Assembly (NCBI GenBank): GCA_973895155.1
Contig: OZ316894.1
Coordinates: 25,666,709-25,730,708, forward strand
Reading direction: 5' to 3'
DNA from: Marsupella aquatica
Lineage: Eukaryota > Plantae > Marchantiophyta
DNA length: 64,000 bases
Shown: in pieces, positions 12,722 to 25,243 of the stretch
Layout of the letters: each line of letters starts with the position of its first letter
How positions within the stretch are numbered: position 1 is the stretch's first letter
Position numbers and translations under genes: made by a program
Notes under the pieces: generated by a model
The model's database searches: none
What the model was told of the DNA's origin: nothing
What the model saw: only the letters and a program-made list of their open reading frames with translations

Positions 12722-15681
12722 TTTTCAATCCCTTGGAAGGATCACTGGTGGAAGCTCATCTACAATCCATGTTGACTGTGCTACTCACCTAAGAAAAGCC
12801 CCGAGAAGAGCAAATAGCTTTGGGACACTCTGAAGCAATTGCTGGTGGTTCTCAAGCCCTGGGAGAAGATCGACAGCCCGAAAACACTAAATGTCAACAC
12901 TCATGATGGTTGACAACCTGAGTGTCTAAGCTGCCTACATGCAAAGAGCATGCAGTATGACAACCACAAGATACTCTCTTTGTTCCCTCCATCCCCCCTT
13001 ATACCAGGATATTGAGCAGGATAGTGGGAGAGACAAGAACCAGGATAGTAACACTGAGGCTATTTTAACTAAGGCCCTAGCACCGATAGAAATAAAGATT
13101 ACAGCAAATACTTGAGGCACTGGATCTGTGAGTCAGACAAGACTAGATGGTCTCTCAGAGATCGCTGGCCTGATTAGTTGTGGTTTGCTTGTTTAGTTGG
13201 CGTGCCTGTGGGCGGCTGTCGTGTCACTGCTGGTGTGGCTTTCATCCCATGGGGGTGTTTTGGGATGTTTGCCCCTACCCTCTAAAAAAGTAAAATTTGC
13301 CATGTGTCTGGAAAAATTGATGAAGAGGTGGAATAATTTCCAGATCCTCTATGTGTCCGGTTCTACTGTCATGAGTTTTTGGTACCTAGCACATCATCAT
13401 ATGGCCTCCATACATGCACACTTATGGACAAGGGCACAATAATGGGGCCAATGGCTTCTTGGTTCAGGGTATGAGATGCCCTCAAGCATGGCAGAGAGAA
13501 TGTCTGCAATTTATCCAGATGAGGGGATTTTCTCTAGAGCAAACAATTTGCGATCACTCAGCACATGGGCAGCTCAAGAAGCTTAATATGTTTAAATGTC
13601 TTGAAATGACATTGATCCTACACCGGTCTCCTGCAAGGAGCCACACATCTTGGATTTGATTGAGGCAAGGCAGACCACATACTTAAGATAGAGGTTTTTT
13701 TATGGTTTTAGGTGGACTTAAAATTTTTAGAGTGCTAAAACATGTGGATGATTTATATACAGTTTTATGAACTTCTCATGTATACACACTCTATGGCATT
13801 GCGAATTGTCTAAGGCAATTAATTTTGGAAAATCAATTTTACTATCTATTGGATAGGATTCCAATTTTCATTTCCTTTGAATGTGCGGCATGTCATTGTC
13901 TATGTGTGAACTTCACTTGTGTTATGGTTTCACAAACGTAAATTATTCCTCTCTGCAGCTGTTCACATTCATTCTGGACAAACATAGTTTAGGAATGTAG
14001 AAATGTACACTATCTTTCAGGTCCAACCTAAGATGAGGCATGAATTCAATGGTAGTTCAATGTAATAGGTGCACAATGTAGGGCTGCAATGAGAGTAGAT
14101 TGGCATACTAGGGGGTCAATGTGGAGTCACTTGGATTAGACCCCGGATTAGACAAGTCTAGCCATCAAATATTCAGATGCACGTGTTGTGACATAATTGT
14201 TTGTAGCAATGAGGAGTAGACTTAGAGTTGACCATTATGACTTCATCAAAAGGCGATAGGAAACTGCGTCTAGTAGTAGATAGCACTCTGCACTGGTGCC
14301 TTCCACAGTGCAACATAGGAAGGCACAACGGGAAACTTTGCATTTGTGCACCTTAGAGCATCTAATTAGATTGGTTTACTGTAACACTATGTTGACCAAA
14401 CCCAGCAAGTCTAACTAAGCCAAAAGGCAAATCCAATGGATTACCTGAAAGTTATCCAGTTGTGAGCTCTCTGTGTCTTTTGGTTACTAGAACTATATTC
14501 TAGTGTCTGTATAGCACATTACCTGAAGTAGAGATTCATTCTTGAATAATTAGTATCCAGCATTGCCTATATGAGGAGGTACTAAACCTAGTACCTCCAT
14601 CTTGTATTGTTAATGCTCTAACAGTATATTATATGTAGTAAGGATGATATGCCAAATTTACAGGACTGGTACTAAAAACCCCAAGAATGATCAGGCTTGC
14701 ATTTTGGCATATCATCCTTATTACATATAGTATACTAAAAAAAGGTGTGAGGACATACTCAAAAACCCAGTAACCATCAGGCTTGCAATTTGGCATATCA
14801 TCCTCACTACATACTAGCCTGATTACCCATTTTTTGAACATGAATAAAGGTGAGGACAATTATAAAGTGTCGACAAAATATATTTCCTAGTGTAATAAAA
14901 TATTGTATCAATAGGCAAAAGGAAAACCCCACTTGAGAGATTTCTCCATCAAGAGGAAGATCCAACATACAAAGTTTCATGGCTCAAAATTAGTGGAGCA
15001 AGTATAAGGAAACCAAAACAGCTGAAAATTGCACTGCAATTTACCAAACAATTACAGTTTCTTTATATCTCTATTCCCATTTCCTCTGGGTCATACTCTT
15101 GTTATGTTCCATTCTTATTTTGATAATTTGTAAGAAAAGAAATGAGTATTTGCTGGTATTATAAATTTTGTTGATGCACACATGAAGCATGGTTTCGCTG
15201 CATCATAATACTTCCAAACTCACCCCACCCGATCCCCTTTTGTACTCCCACCCCAGACTTTGATTCATGCCCCCTTAGATCGATGAAAACAAAAAGAACA
15301 TTTGTGAAAAAATGATTCTACCTTTATTCCCTTTCATCTTTGCCCCATTTTGGTGTGAACCTTACTTTCAGTTTTGTCTTTACTAAGAGTCATTGTGACA
15401 TTGAAATGATGATAGAAACCATGGTACATATCATCATTTTAACACACATTCTCTCCATGCACACATGAATTTTGGTGGGGCCCTATAAGTCGTTTCATGC
15501 ACATATGTTTTTTGTATGCACATATATTTTGGTGGGGCACTAGAGACAAGGTCTATTGGTTTCATTTTAGAAACCTAGACCCCAACTCTAGCTTCACTTT
15601 GCCTTTTATAAATAAGATAGTATACTAAACTACATATAGTATACTAAAAAAAGTTAACTGTAACTAATGTACACATTAAGG

Positions 15682-15794
15682 AAATAGAGTACACGTTTAG
15701 AGATGCTCTTAGAAGAACTGATTTGCATTTAATGTATGCATTAAGTAAATAGAGTACACGTTAGAGATGCTCTTAGAAGAACTGATTTGCATTT
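15682..15794. repeat. Tandem duplication, ~65-bp unit x2
   Basis: AAATAGAGTACACGTT(T)AGAGATGCTCTTAGAAGAACTGATTTGCATTT occurs twice. Confidence 0.8.
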
Positions 15795-16310
15795 CAGAGG
15801 AGGTCCAAACTGGAGTACATCAAGCCAACTTTTCCATCCAGACAGGGGGGTCCATCAAGAGTACAGTATACCTCATTTTTATTGCCTTGGTACCAAACGC
15901 AAGACTTGGCAATAAAGAGTGGTTGGCACTCCAAAGGCAAACAACAATACTGATAGACAGAACATTGATCCATGTGCAACAGAGGTCTCACGAACGCACC
16001 TTCTTTTAGGGACTTGCTCCGGACGTCCTGCCAAGTCGAAGCTTGAAATCGCGTCATAAACTTTCCCCGGGAATACACTCATCGTCAATTCATTCAGAGA
16101 AAGCAAGAGAAGGAAGCTTGGATGAAAGGGTGGGGCGATCACGGAGTAGGAAGGAGGCCGAAATTCTAAGGAGGACCATCACTAATCGTAATTCGCCTTC
16201 TTGACTTTCTCATTCATATATCGCAGAGCTCTGTTGCCTTCTTGCCGACAGGAATACCGGATTTCAAAGAGTGGGATCTGAAGAGGAAAATCGCGTGCGA
16301 GGAAGAGAAA

Positions 16311-16790
16311 ATGCCGCAGGGAGTTGGAGGGAGACCTGGAGGGGGAGGAAGCTATGGAGCGCAGAAAGTCCCTGGAGAGCCAGACAATGTGCTACTGGAG
16401 TTCATGCCCTTCGTTGTCGGTGCCCTAATCGCTGCTCATCTGTTGGCTTTTGTATCCTCCTTTCACGCCATGCCCTTGTTTTGTGCAACGCGTTTGCTGC
16501 ATTAGTTTGCCTTTCATAACTATTTCAGGTGAGCTCCTGGATTGGATTACTCGTACAGCATGCTTGACTTGAAGCAAACATGTCAGGCAAACAATTGCAC
16601 CAACGAAGCGCTTTCCAATTTCTTTGAAAGTTTCTTGCAAATAACAGTTGTAACTTGAACCAAACTTTGCTTGATAGCAAATTGAATGTCGATATTTGAA
16701 AAGCGATCCTTGACCGATCTTGCAAAACAGGCGTACTGGATCTACAGAGTAGCTGTTGAGAAACAACCACAGCGGCGTAAAGTTAGTTAG
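16311..16790 (+). CDS. Small single-pass membrane protein (66 aa), 2 exons
   Basis: Exons 16311-16451 and 16731-16790 give MPQGVGGRPGGGGSYGAQKVPGEPDNVLLEFMPFVVGALIAAHLLAF|AYWIYRVAVEKQPQRRKVS*. Hydrophobic segment then basic tail. AHxLAxxYWIYR resembles a small uncharacterised plant protein family (from recall). Confidence 0.75.
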
Positions 16791-18577
16791 AATTTACGTG
16801 TTCTTGAAACCCGTCTTGTGTATCGACTTCACCATGGCAGCTGGGGAAGTATTGCACCACTTTACTGCAAGTTTGGAAAGGTTTGAGGATGGAGATCAGC
16901 AAAATATTTGTATACGGGGCAATTTGATCAACAAAGCCCATGACAAAGTTTAGTAACCCGTGGAGAGGAGTATTTCATAGAGACGTTGAGGGCATCATGA
17001 AAAACTCAAGCTGAGAATAGATCCCTTGACGCCCGCTGACCTTCGCTCAGATCAGTTTACGCTTACAAAAGTAAAGATGTTCATATGAAACAAGACCCTC
17101 GTCAAATCACTGACCTTGTGGGTCTTTTACAGTCCTTATAGACAAGCCGGAACTTCTCCTCGAGACGCTTGTGTATTTTGCCAGCAGCTTCTGAGATAGA
17201 GGCATCTACATTGAAATGTCAGAAGATCTTTGATGGATTCTTTCTTTTCAAGTCAATTATCGTGACATAGTACTTCGAAATTCTCTGAGCATCTCTATGA
17301 GCGGTCTGATGTACTCGGTGCAGAGCTTGTCCGAGTCTCGAGTGACCATCATTCCTCTGCATTGCATTCTGCTTCATAACATGTGATTGAGCTCGCGTAA
17401 ATGTTCTGGGTGGACTGGGAGTTTCATTGGAAATAATGATCATTTGGTACTGCGGTTCAGCATTGTAACTGGATTTAAGGATAAGAAATGGCTGTTCAGG
17501 CTGTTGCAGAACAGAACCATTCATGCAACAGCCTGATACCTTTCTCTTTTCCTTACTGAATGACTAGACGTAGAATCAATTAGTTTGATATTGTGGAACT
17601 TGGCAGCGATTTCTTAGACCCAAGCTTTAGTTATCAGCAGAGGTGCACTATTGAGAACTTATCGATGGTTTGCCCTATTATCATTGTGTAGAGATCTGTT
17701 TCAAAATACCTTCTGATCGATGCCGGGCACCATCTAGTATGCAAAGTTTTTCATATAAACACTGTTACCTGCTGTAACAAACACTAGTTCGGATTTTGGC
17801 TTGCTAGTTACGCCTGTAAGCGACATGCATGAGTACTGAAATTTAGAGCAAATTCTCATGACAGCCCAACATTTTGAATTGCTGAAAGCTTGCGGGACAC
17901 GTCGCATCCCGGGCCCAGGCTCATCTCCTGCGCGGTCCATCTTGCTTTACCAATTAAGCGGACTTTGCTGGAATTTCTATCTTCTTCTTGATTACTGAAA
18001 GTGTAAAGACAGTTCTGTAGACTCTTTACAGCTTCACATGCACGAAGGTTTTACAAAGAGATTACGCAACTTGGTTGTCTGGGTGTGGGAAACAATTCAG
18101 AGTTTATTATTGAATGATCAACGTGAGATGAGAAACCCAAGCCAAGGAGGTGGATGAACCCAAACTGCTACCAGATGGTGTTTTTTTGCATCATGGCGTC
18201 GAAAAACTAGGAGTCATTTATGGGTGCAGAATTTCCCATTTTTTGAGAAACGGTCGCTGCTTTTTGTGGTATCTTCGGCCGACTCCAACAGCAACAACTG
18301 AAGGTCAATAATTCGAATGATCAACATAAAATGTGAGACCCAAGCGAGGGAGGTACTTTGACCCAGCCACCAGATCTGTCTTTGATACCATGGGATCTGA
18401 AACCTAAGGTTCATTCAAGGTGCAGAATCGCCTGGGACCGTGAATGTTTTCTCCAATTTCTATCCCACTCACCTGCCTTCGACTATATTTCTTCTGGTGT
18501 GGTATATCCCAGCGGCTGAGGTCGGTGTTAAATTTGATCGTGTCTTTGGTTGGCACAGAGCCATGGTTGACTACGGG

Positions 18578-18912
18578 CACGGTGGTTGTGGTACCGGGAA
18601 GCAATAATGGTGAAGCGAATTCTTTCCCAATTCGCTAACACTGGTGTGACTGCTGTCTTAACAGATAAGATGATACTAAGGCCACAAAGCCGAGGGATTG
18701 GGTGATAACAGCATTCAAACCAGTCTACATCAAGCTGGGGGAACAACGGACACGGTGGTTGTGGTACCGGGGGCCAACAATGGTGTAGCGAATTCTTCCC
18801 CACTTCGTTAACAATGTGTGACTGTTGTCTTAACAAATAAAGATGACACTAAGGCCTCAAAGAGGAGGGATTGGGTGATAACGGCATTCAAACTAGTCTA
18901 CATCAAGCTGGG
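18578..18912. repeat. Tandem duplication, ~172-bp unit x2, in decayed coding-like sequence
   Basis: CACGGTGGTTGTGGTACCGGG...GAGGGATTGGGTGATAAC.GCATTCAAAC.AGTCTACATCAAGCTGGGG occurs at ~18578 and ~18751. Confidence 0.8.
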
Positions 18913-19734
18913 GAAAGCTCTTTCAAGATATTCCTCGAACATCCCGGGCCCTGGTGGTCTGACTTCATCTTTCTGTCAGAGGTGGAGAGATGACCAGGTG
19001 AAGAGCCAACTCGGAGATGTGGACACTTGACATCGAAACATTGGACAGCATTACCAAAAGGCGCTTGAGGACATCAAGGGTGGTTAGCTCGAAAAGGGAG
19101 ACTGGATCTTAACTCAAAAAGTAACAACGCTGTATGCGGAGTCCAAGATGTTCATGAGTGCCTACAGCTCCGTTTAAAGCAAAATCCTGCAAACCTAAGA
19201 TCCTGCAGACGAAAAGGCTTTTGCTTGAGCATTTTTCCAGGCTTTACTGAAATATATATGCCAAGGAATTTAATATCGTCGGATCGCCACTGGCCCTTTT
19301 CGAGGTAGGACTTGACAAGAGCTCTACTGCCTAAAGAAGAATTCGTGGAAATAAATGGGAAGTCTTTTGCCTAGAGACGCGAGTATCGTTATAGTTGGAT
19401 CCCTTGGGTCGACCCGTCTTCATGGCCAGCTTAGTTCTGATTGTCATCTAGGCTTTGCGAACTTAGAAATTGTAGGATAATCAAGTCATTCATTCAGTTT
19501 CAATCTCCCATCATTTATCGTCAAAAGTCTCGAAAGTTGCCCTACAGATTCACTTCCAGGAGATTGTCCTGTGTAGATCCCGAGTGAAAACAATCGATGT
19601 GGACTGAAGTAGCATACAGCTCGCGGCCGAGTAGCTTTACTGCTAGGTCTTGCAGACATTTCTGTTGGGTCTTTTTCATCAACATGGACCGGCTAGAAAT
19701 TTAAACTGCGACCTCCCGAGTACATTGTGTCAAT

Positions 19735-20443
19735 TTCATGGGTTCCAGTGGGAATCATTTCCAATATCTTCCCTTGAGCTATGAGTCCCAGTGGTTTTGA
19801 ACTTTCAAGGGTTCTAGTGTGGATCATATCCAATATCCTTCCCTTGAGTGCGTCACATCATAGCGCTCTAGCAATGAGCTACAGGCCCAGTTTCTGCACT
19901 CATGATGCTCTACCACAGAGCTGGCAGGCCCAGTTTCTACACCTTCATGGGTTCAAGTGTGGATCATTTCCAATACCCTCCCTTGAGCCACATTATAGTG
20001 CTGTAACACTGCTGCATGATTCATGGGTTCATACTAACACCCTCTCTTGAGCCACACTGGCTTTAAAAGAGACTCACATCTTTAGCTCTGATACCACAGG
20101 CCCAGTTTCTGCACCTTCACCAAATGTGGATCATTTCCAATACCCTCCCTTGAGCTATCTAACTATCCAACTATCTATGAGCACTGCTGCATTCCTACAC
20201 TTGCTTGCATTCCTATGAGCACTGCTGCATTCATGGGTTCATTTCCGACACCCTCCCTTGAACCACACTCCTGTGAGAGAAACTCATAATCTTTGGCTTT
20301 GATACCATGTTGGAATTTTCCTAGGAGACGGGTTAGGAATTAATTGTACCTGGGACCTCCCGTGCACATCTTCATGCTTTACCACTGAGCAACAGGCCCA
20401 TAGGACTCCACCTTCATGGGTACGCGTCTTATCATTTTCAACA
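19735..20443 (-). mobile_element. Cluster of TRIM-like miniature LTR retroelement units
   Basis: 136-bp TGTTG...CAACA LTR at 20308-20443. Minus-strand tRNAiMet PBS TGGTATCAAAGCC (20295-20307) and TGGTATCAGAGC (20085-20096). PPTs AAGGGAGGG/AAGAGAGGG followed by TG (20251-20259, 20040-20048). Further partial LTR/PPT copies at 19735-20160. Confidence 0.7.
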
Positions 20444-23400
20444 ATTTCAATTACAATGAATGACAATTAACAGCAGGAAAAAATGAGTTCCTCTGAGAGC
20501 AGATTATGTGCTTACAATGTGCTCTCTTCGTCTCAAAATAGTCGACTGTAGCGTTAAAATAATTCACACGGGAACGACGTATTCAAGAACGAGATTTTAA
20601 TGAATAGCATTGTTTCGTCTGAGGCATATCAAGGAGTTTAAGTTGTGGCCGATAAATCAACACGGACATGTTCTGTGATTATCAGGCCTGTGAAGGACCT
20701 TGACAATCCAAAACAAAGCCTGATGCGTTTTGAGAGCGTTGTACCAATCTACTAAAACCCATAAACCTCCGTACGATAGTATTTCTCTACACCCATTGTC
20801 CACCCTTGCAATCCAAGTATCTAATTCCCATTCCCAAGTAGCAGAGTAGAACTTTGACAGGAGCAGATAATCATAGACATTTGTTGGGTCAAAGACGACT
20901 CGCTTCGAATGCATTTTCCCATCCTCCCATATATTAATCGAGATGCTGAGGCCGCCAGGCAAGAGACTCTTTGGTCTAGCGACTCTCAACATCACTATGA
21001 GACAGTCTCCATCCTAGACCATCCCTTGGGTAATGTTTATTTTGCTTTTGGTGGAGTGTGTTGTGTCTGGTTGTTTGTGCCAAACATAGCTACATTGTCA
21101 GGCCATCCAAAGTAGGTCTGCGTACCCATTTCCCAAGTAGTAACTTGGAAAATGATGCTCCATGCACCTAGCCCCTCAAACATTTGTACTGGGAACATGA
21201 TGCTCCCATTGACAGAGCCACTGAAACATACAACCCCTCTGGCCATGACACCTTTTACATCTTCACTCCACGACACGCTTCTCATTTCGAAAATGTTTTC
21301 AAAACCAAAGTTTGACCTTCAATATATCCCTTGATACCCAGCAGAATTTGCTCTGCTTAGAGTAGTTAGAGGAGATTTGGAAAGATCTTTCCACCTAGTT
21401 TATTATCTCTAGTAAAGAATTGCGAGAATTATGAATTCCTATTGATTAGTCCATCGCAAATTAAAATGTCCACTCTTTAAATTTCTGAGCAACTAACTTT
21501 GACGTTCAATCTCTCCAGATATATCCAATGGAATCTTACTTTTTTGGGTGTGTTAGAAAGAGCTTGGGAAGATCTTCCCAGTGAGCATATATTTAAATTT
21601 CACTGAAAATTGAGAAATCAGGTTGCAAAATGTGGAGGTCCATCCTAGCTACGATTTCTAGAAACTTGGTTCACAAAAATCAACCACTATAATAACTGAA
21701 CCCGCCAATTCTGGTGGATTGTCTGCTTAGTACAAATCTTAGAGAGGCAGGACCTAATAGTGGGCTTAAGCTGATCAAGCAAAAGCAGTCATACAGGTTG
21801 GCATACAGCCAGGGTACTCCTGCCTGCCTGCCCTTTGCCCGCTTGTAAGGAGAAAAATATGGGATTAACAAAAAGACAAGAAAAATAAATTAAAATTAAC
21901 ATAAATTAATTATCCCTTTTGTTGCACTACCATGCTTGGACTCCACGAAGCTGCCACTGTAGTCCACCAGTGTCCACCATCTTGCTTCCTTGCACCATAG
22001 CCCTGCCTCTCTCCAACAACAATGGTGACCAAAATGACATTTCCTAAACAACAACACCCAACCAAAACAATAAGACTTCCATACTTACAAACATGACTAC
22101 ACTGGTGACATACTAGGAACAATAACACTTGTGCTACTTGCATATCTTTGCCTCATCTCAAGATTTCTGTTCAGTACACTTCTGGGTGTTAAGCCAACAA
22201 CTTCATGGTCACAGCGACAATGCATTGTTGGGTGCTTCTAACTAACCTAAAACAGCTGTCAATCTGCCTTATATGTAGCAAAAAAGCAAGACATATGGAA
22301 ACTGTTGAGATTTCCTGAACTTTCTGGAGAAAAAAAATTAAACTGTTTTTGTAAATGGGAAGAGTGTACACTGAGTGACATGGTAATCTTTGAAAATTCA
22401 TAGCTCTCTCATTATGAATGAGAGTTCACTGGCAATATGAAACTTGTTTGAGGTATTTTTCAAGCTGCTTCCTTGGCTGCTTCTAATCAACCCAAGAACA
22501 GCAGATTCTCCTGCATATCAAGGGAGAAATTGATGATCAAAGTTTTCTGATAAAAATTTCAAACGCGTGAAGAATGGGAAGAACTTATAGTGTAGTGGGT
22601 GTCACTGTTTATGGGATAATTGTATGGTTCACAAGCTCTGTCCATCCTGGCTTCAGATTCTCTCAACTAAATGAAAAGTTTAGTGAGAAAACTCGTTGAT
22701 TGGGAAAATTAGAATGGTCACCGGGGAAAGTATGGGAACAAGTAAAAATTATATCTTTTGGCAGTTGAGCAACTCGAGCACGCAAGAACTGGCACCAAGC
22801 AGTATGGTAAGTGCAAGTGTGTTCACAAGCTTCACCAGTCATTTCCCACAGACTGTTGCCCTCCAAAATGCCCTGCAAACACACAGACTAACAATTTTGA
22901 GCATCTAGACTCTAGACTCAGTGGTAGATGATTTTTCTGGTTGTATATTATTATCCTTTCATTGTTTATGGAGGAATATACTTAATGGACATCCAAACAC
23001 AACTTTTTTATTTAACCAACCCAAACATGTAGGATTTCACCCTGTGGACCCAAAAATGGATTCCCTCCCAATGGACCTCCGAGCCCACTCTGTACAACAA
23101 TGTTCTTGTGAAAGGGTGCACCACAGAATCCAGATTTACTGAGTATCTGTAGGATACCATGGTTAGGTCAGTGTAGTAATAATGTCAACAATAACTTACT
23201 ATGCACTGCATGGACCACGCAAGCGCCGGACTAGCCCCTGGCCACAATGAAACCAAGAATGCAACACAATGAAACCAAGAGTGCAACACGGGGCTTCATA
23301 CTCTGGTTGAATACAATATGGTTATTGTATTCCAACTACAAATTAATTAAGGAGCTTGCGGCAACATCAAATCATGGGAGTGCCGTTCTTCCTGAGCCTG

Positions 23401-23771
23401 TTAGCTTTGTAGAATACAATGTGGCTATAGTCATAGTCGATTGCATTTGACAAACCTGTCACACACTCAAAAACAGTATAACATGCTGCAGTTTACAGTG
23501 ACATTCTCGAGTTTTAAGGATTACACATTGCTTTAGAAGAACATCTGACATGAATGGGACCTGGTGGATCCACAGGTCCACTAGACAAAAATATGCAATC
23601 TTTTGGTCTAATAAAGTTGCATTTGAAGGTCCATGAAATATCTCTCTCTAGTTTATGGAGACTAATGCCGTCCAGATTAGGATTGGGACAATTAATTCTA
23701 AAGTACAAATCTCTTGCATTAATCCTTTGTTATGAGGAGGGCACTTTTACTAAAAATAAAGAATCTCTCGC

Positions 23772-23885
23772 TGTTAGACTCTACCTGGTGACCGGACGAC
23801 CGGATCAGCCAATCACCGGACCGACACCACTATATGTACCAACCACCATAGGCTATACATGATTCATTCCATTCATACTCTCACA
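23772..23885 (+). repeat. 5' LTR of copia element
   Basis: TGTTAGACTC...CTCTCACA; identical to 30223-30336 except 2 transitions. Confidence 0.95.
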
Positions 23886-25243
23886 CGTTATCAGCACGAA
23901 GACTCAGCCAGCGGAGCCAAGAAGAAAGGACAGAGGGAAGAAAAGACAATCGATGCAGCACCGAAAGGGGAGCATTGATAAAGACATCGATTATGAATTA
24001 CAGAGTACAATCAGAGAATGAGCGAGTAGTGCAGCATTTTACGAGAGTAGGAGATATCCAAGATCAGGAGTGTGCACTCTGATTAGATCTGGAGAGCCCC
24101 GTTGTTTGCGCTCATCAGCAAGTCAGGATTCGAGCGTTACCTTGAAAGTTGGAGACCAGGCTGAGATCGAGAAATAAAGAGAAAACAGGAAGATAGCCTT
24201 GGAGGAAGCATCGACCTACGCCCTTTCAATTGCTCTTTGATAAGGAACATCGAATAGAAAATAAGACCGTTTTCACTTTCGAAAATGGAAGGAGATAGGG
24301 GCGATGAACGAAAATTTTTGAGAGAAAGCTATCAGGCTCGCGAGCAGAAACGAATGAAAAACAAAGATTGAAGGCAGCCCGACCTAGGAGCGCCCTAACC
24401 CCATCGAAGAATCGAAAGAAGGACAGCGATCGAAAGAAAACAACGATAGCCCTCAGCACTGGATGACAAGTCTACGAAAAAAGACTTTCCTTAAGGTCTG
24501 TGACTGAAACGTTGGACCATCGATTGTCATCGAGCGGCACTTTTGAGCAAAACAGGAGAAACGAAATCGAACAAGGAGATACCAATAGCCACTGGAGCAC
24601 TTTCGTCCGAAACGAGGTGAGAAGTCCCGGAAGGAAACTGATAAGGAACAAAAGAACATAAATCACATCGGGGTGAAGGAGGGCACATTGAGCACAAGGA
24701 AGGTGCTCAGGAGTCGAAACAGCGCACAAGGGGCGCAACCGCAATCAAATCCCACCACATTGAGACTGCAAAACGTCGAGAAAACCTCCAAAACCGTCAC
24801 TAAGTGCAAAACCTTTTTAACTGCAAAATCTGTCAAAGAGATTTCAATTACAAAGGAAAAGTTGCACTTAACCAAATAAGCGCACATAACCACAAAACCT
24901 CCATAACTGCATTTTGTAACAAAGAAAATTAACTTTACAAAGCCACATGTGCACTTAACCAGGGCACGAGTAAAGAATCACCCATAACTGCACAAACTGC
25001 AAAACTTCATTACTGCACAATTTAACAAAGGAAAGAGCAAATACAAAGGAAACTTTGCAGTTAACCAAATACCAAGGAAAACCTAAATCCTAAGTGCAAA
25101 CCCTAAAATTGAATTTCGGATTTGCATGCTCTCTCCACCCAGCCCCACTTTGCATGCCGCAGAAATGTGCTTTGTCGTTTCTTACTATACTTGCTAGTAT
25201 ATAAGCCTCCATTACCATTAAAAGGAATCAAGCCACCAACCCG

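Noticed and set aside
19735-20300. Repeat-spacer-like pattern suggesting a CRISPR array
   Set aside because: Repeats are degenerate and unevenly spaced, include PBS/PPT signals, and there are no cas genes; explained as LTR-derived.
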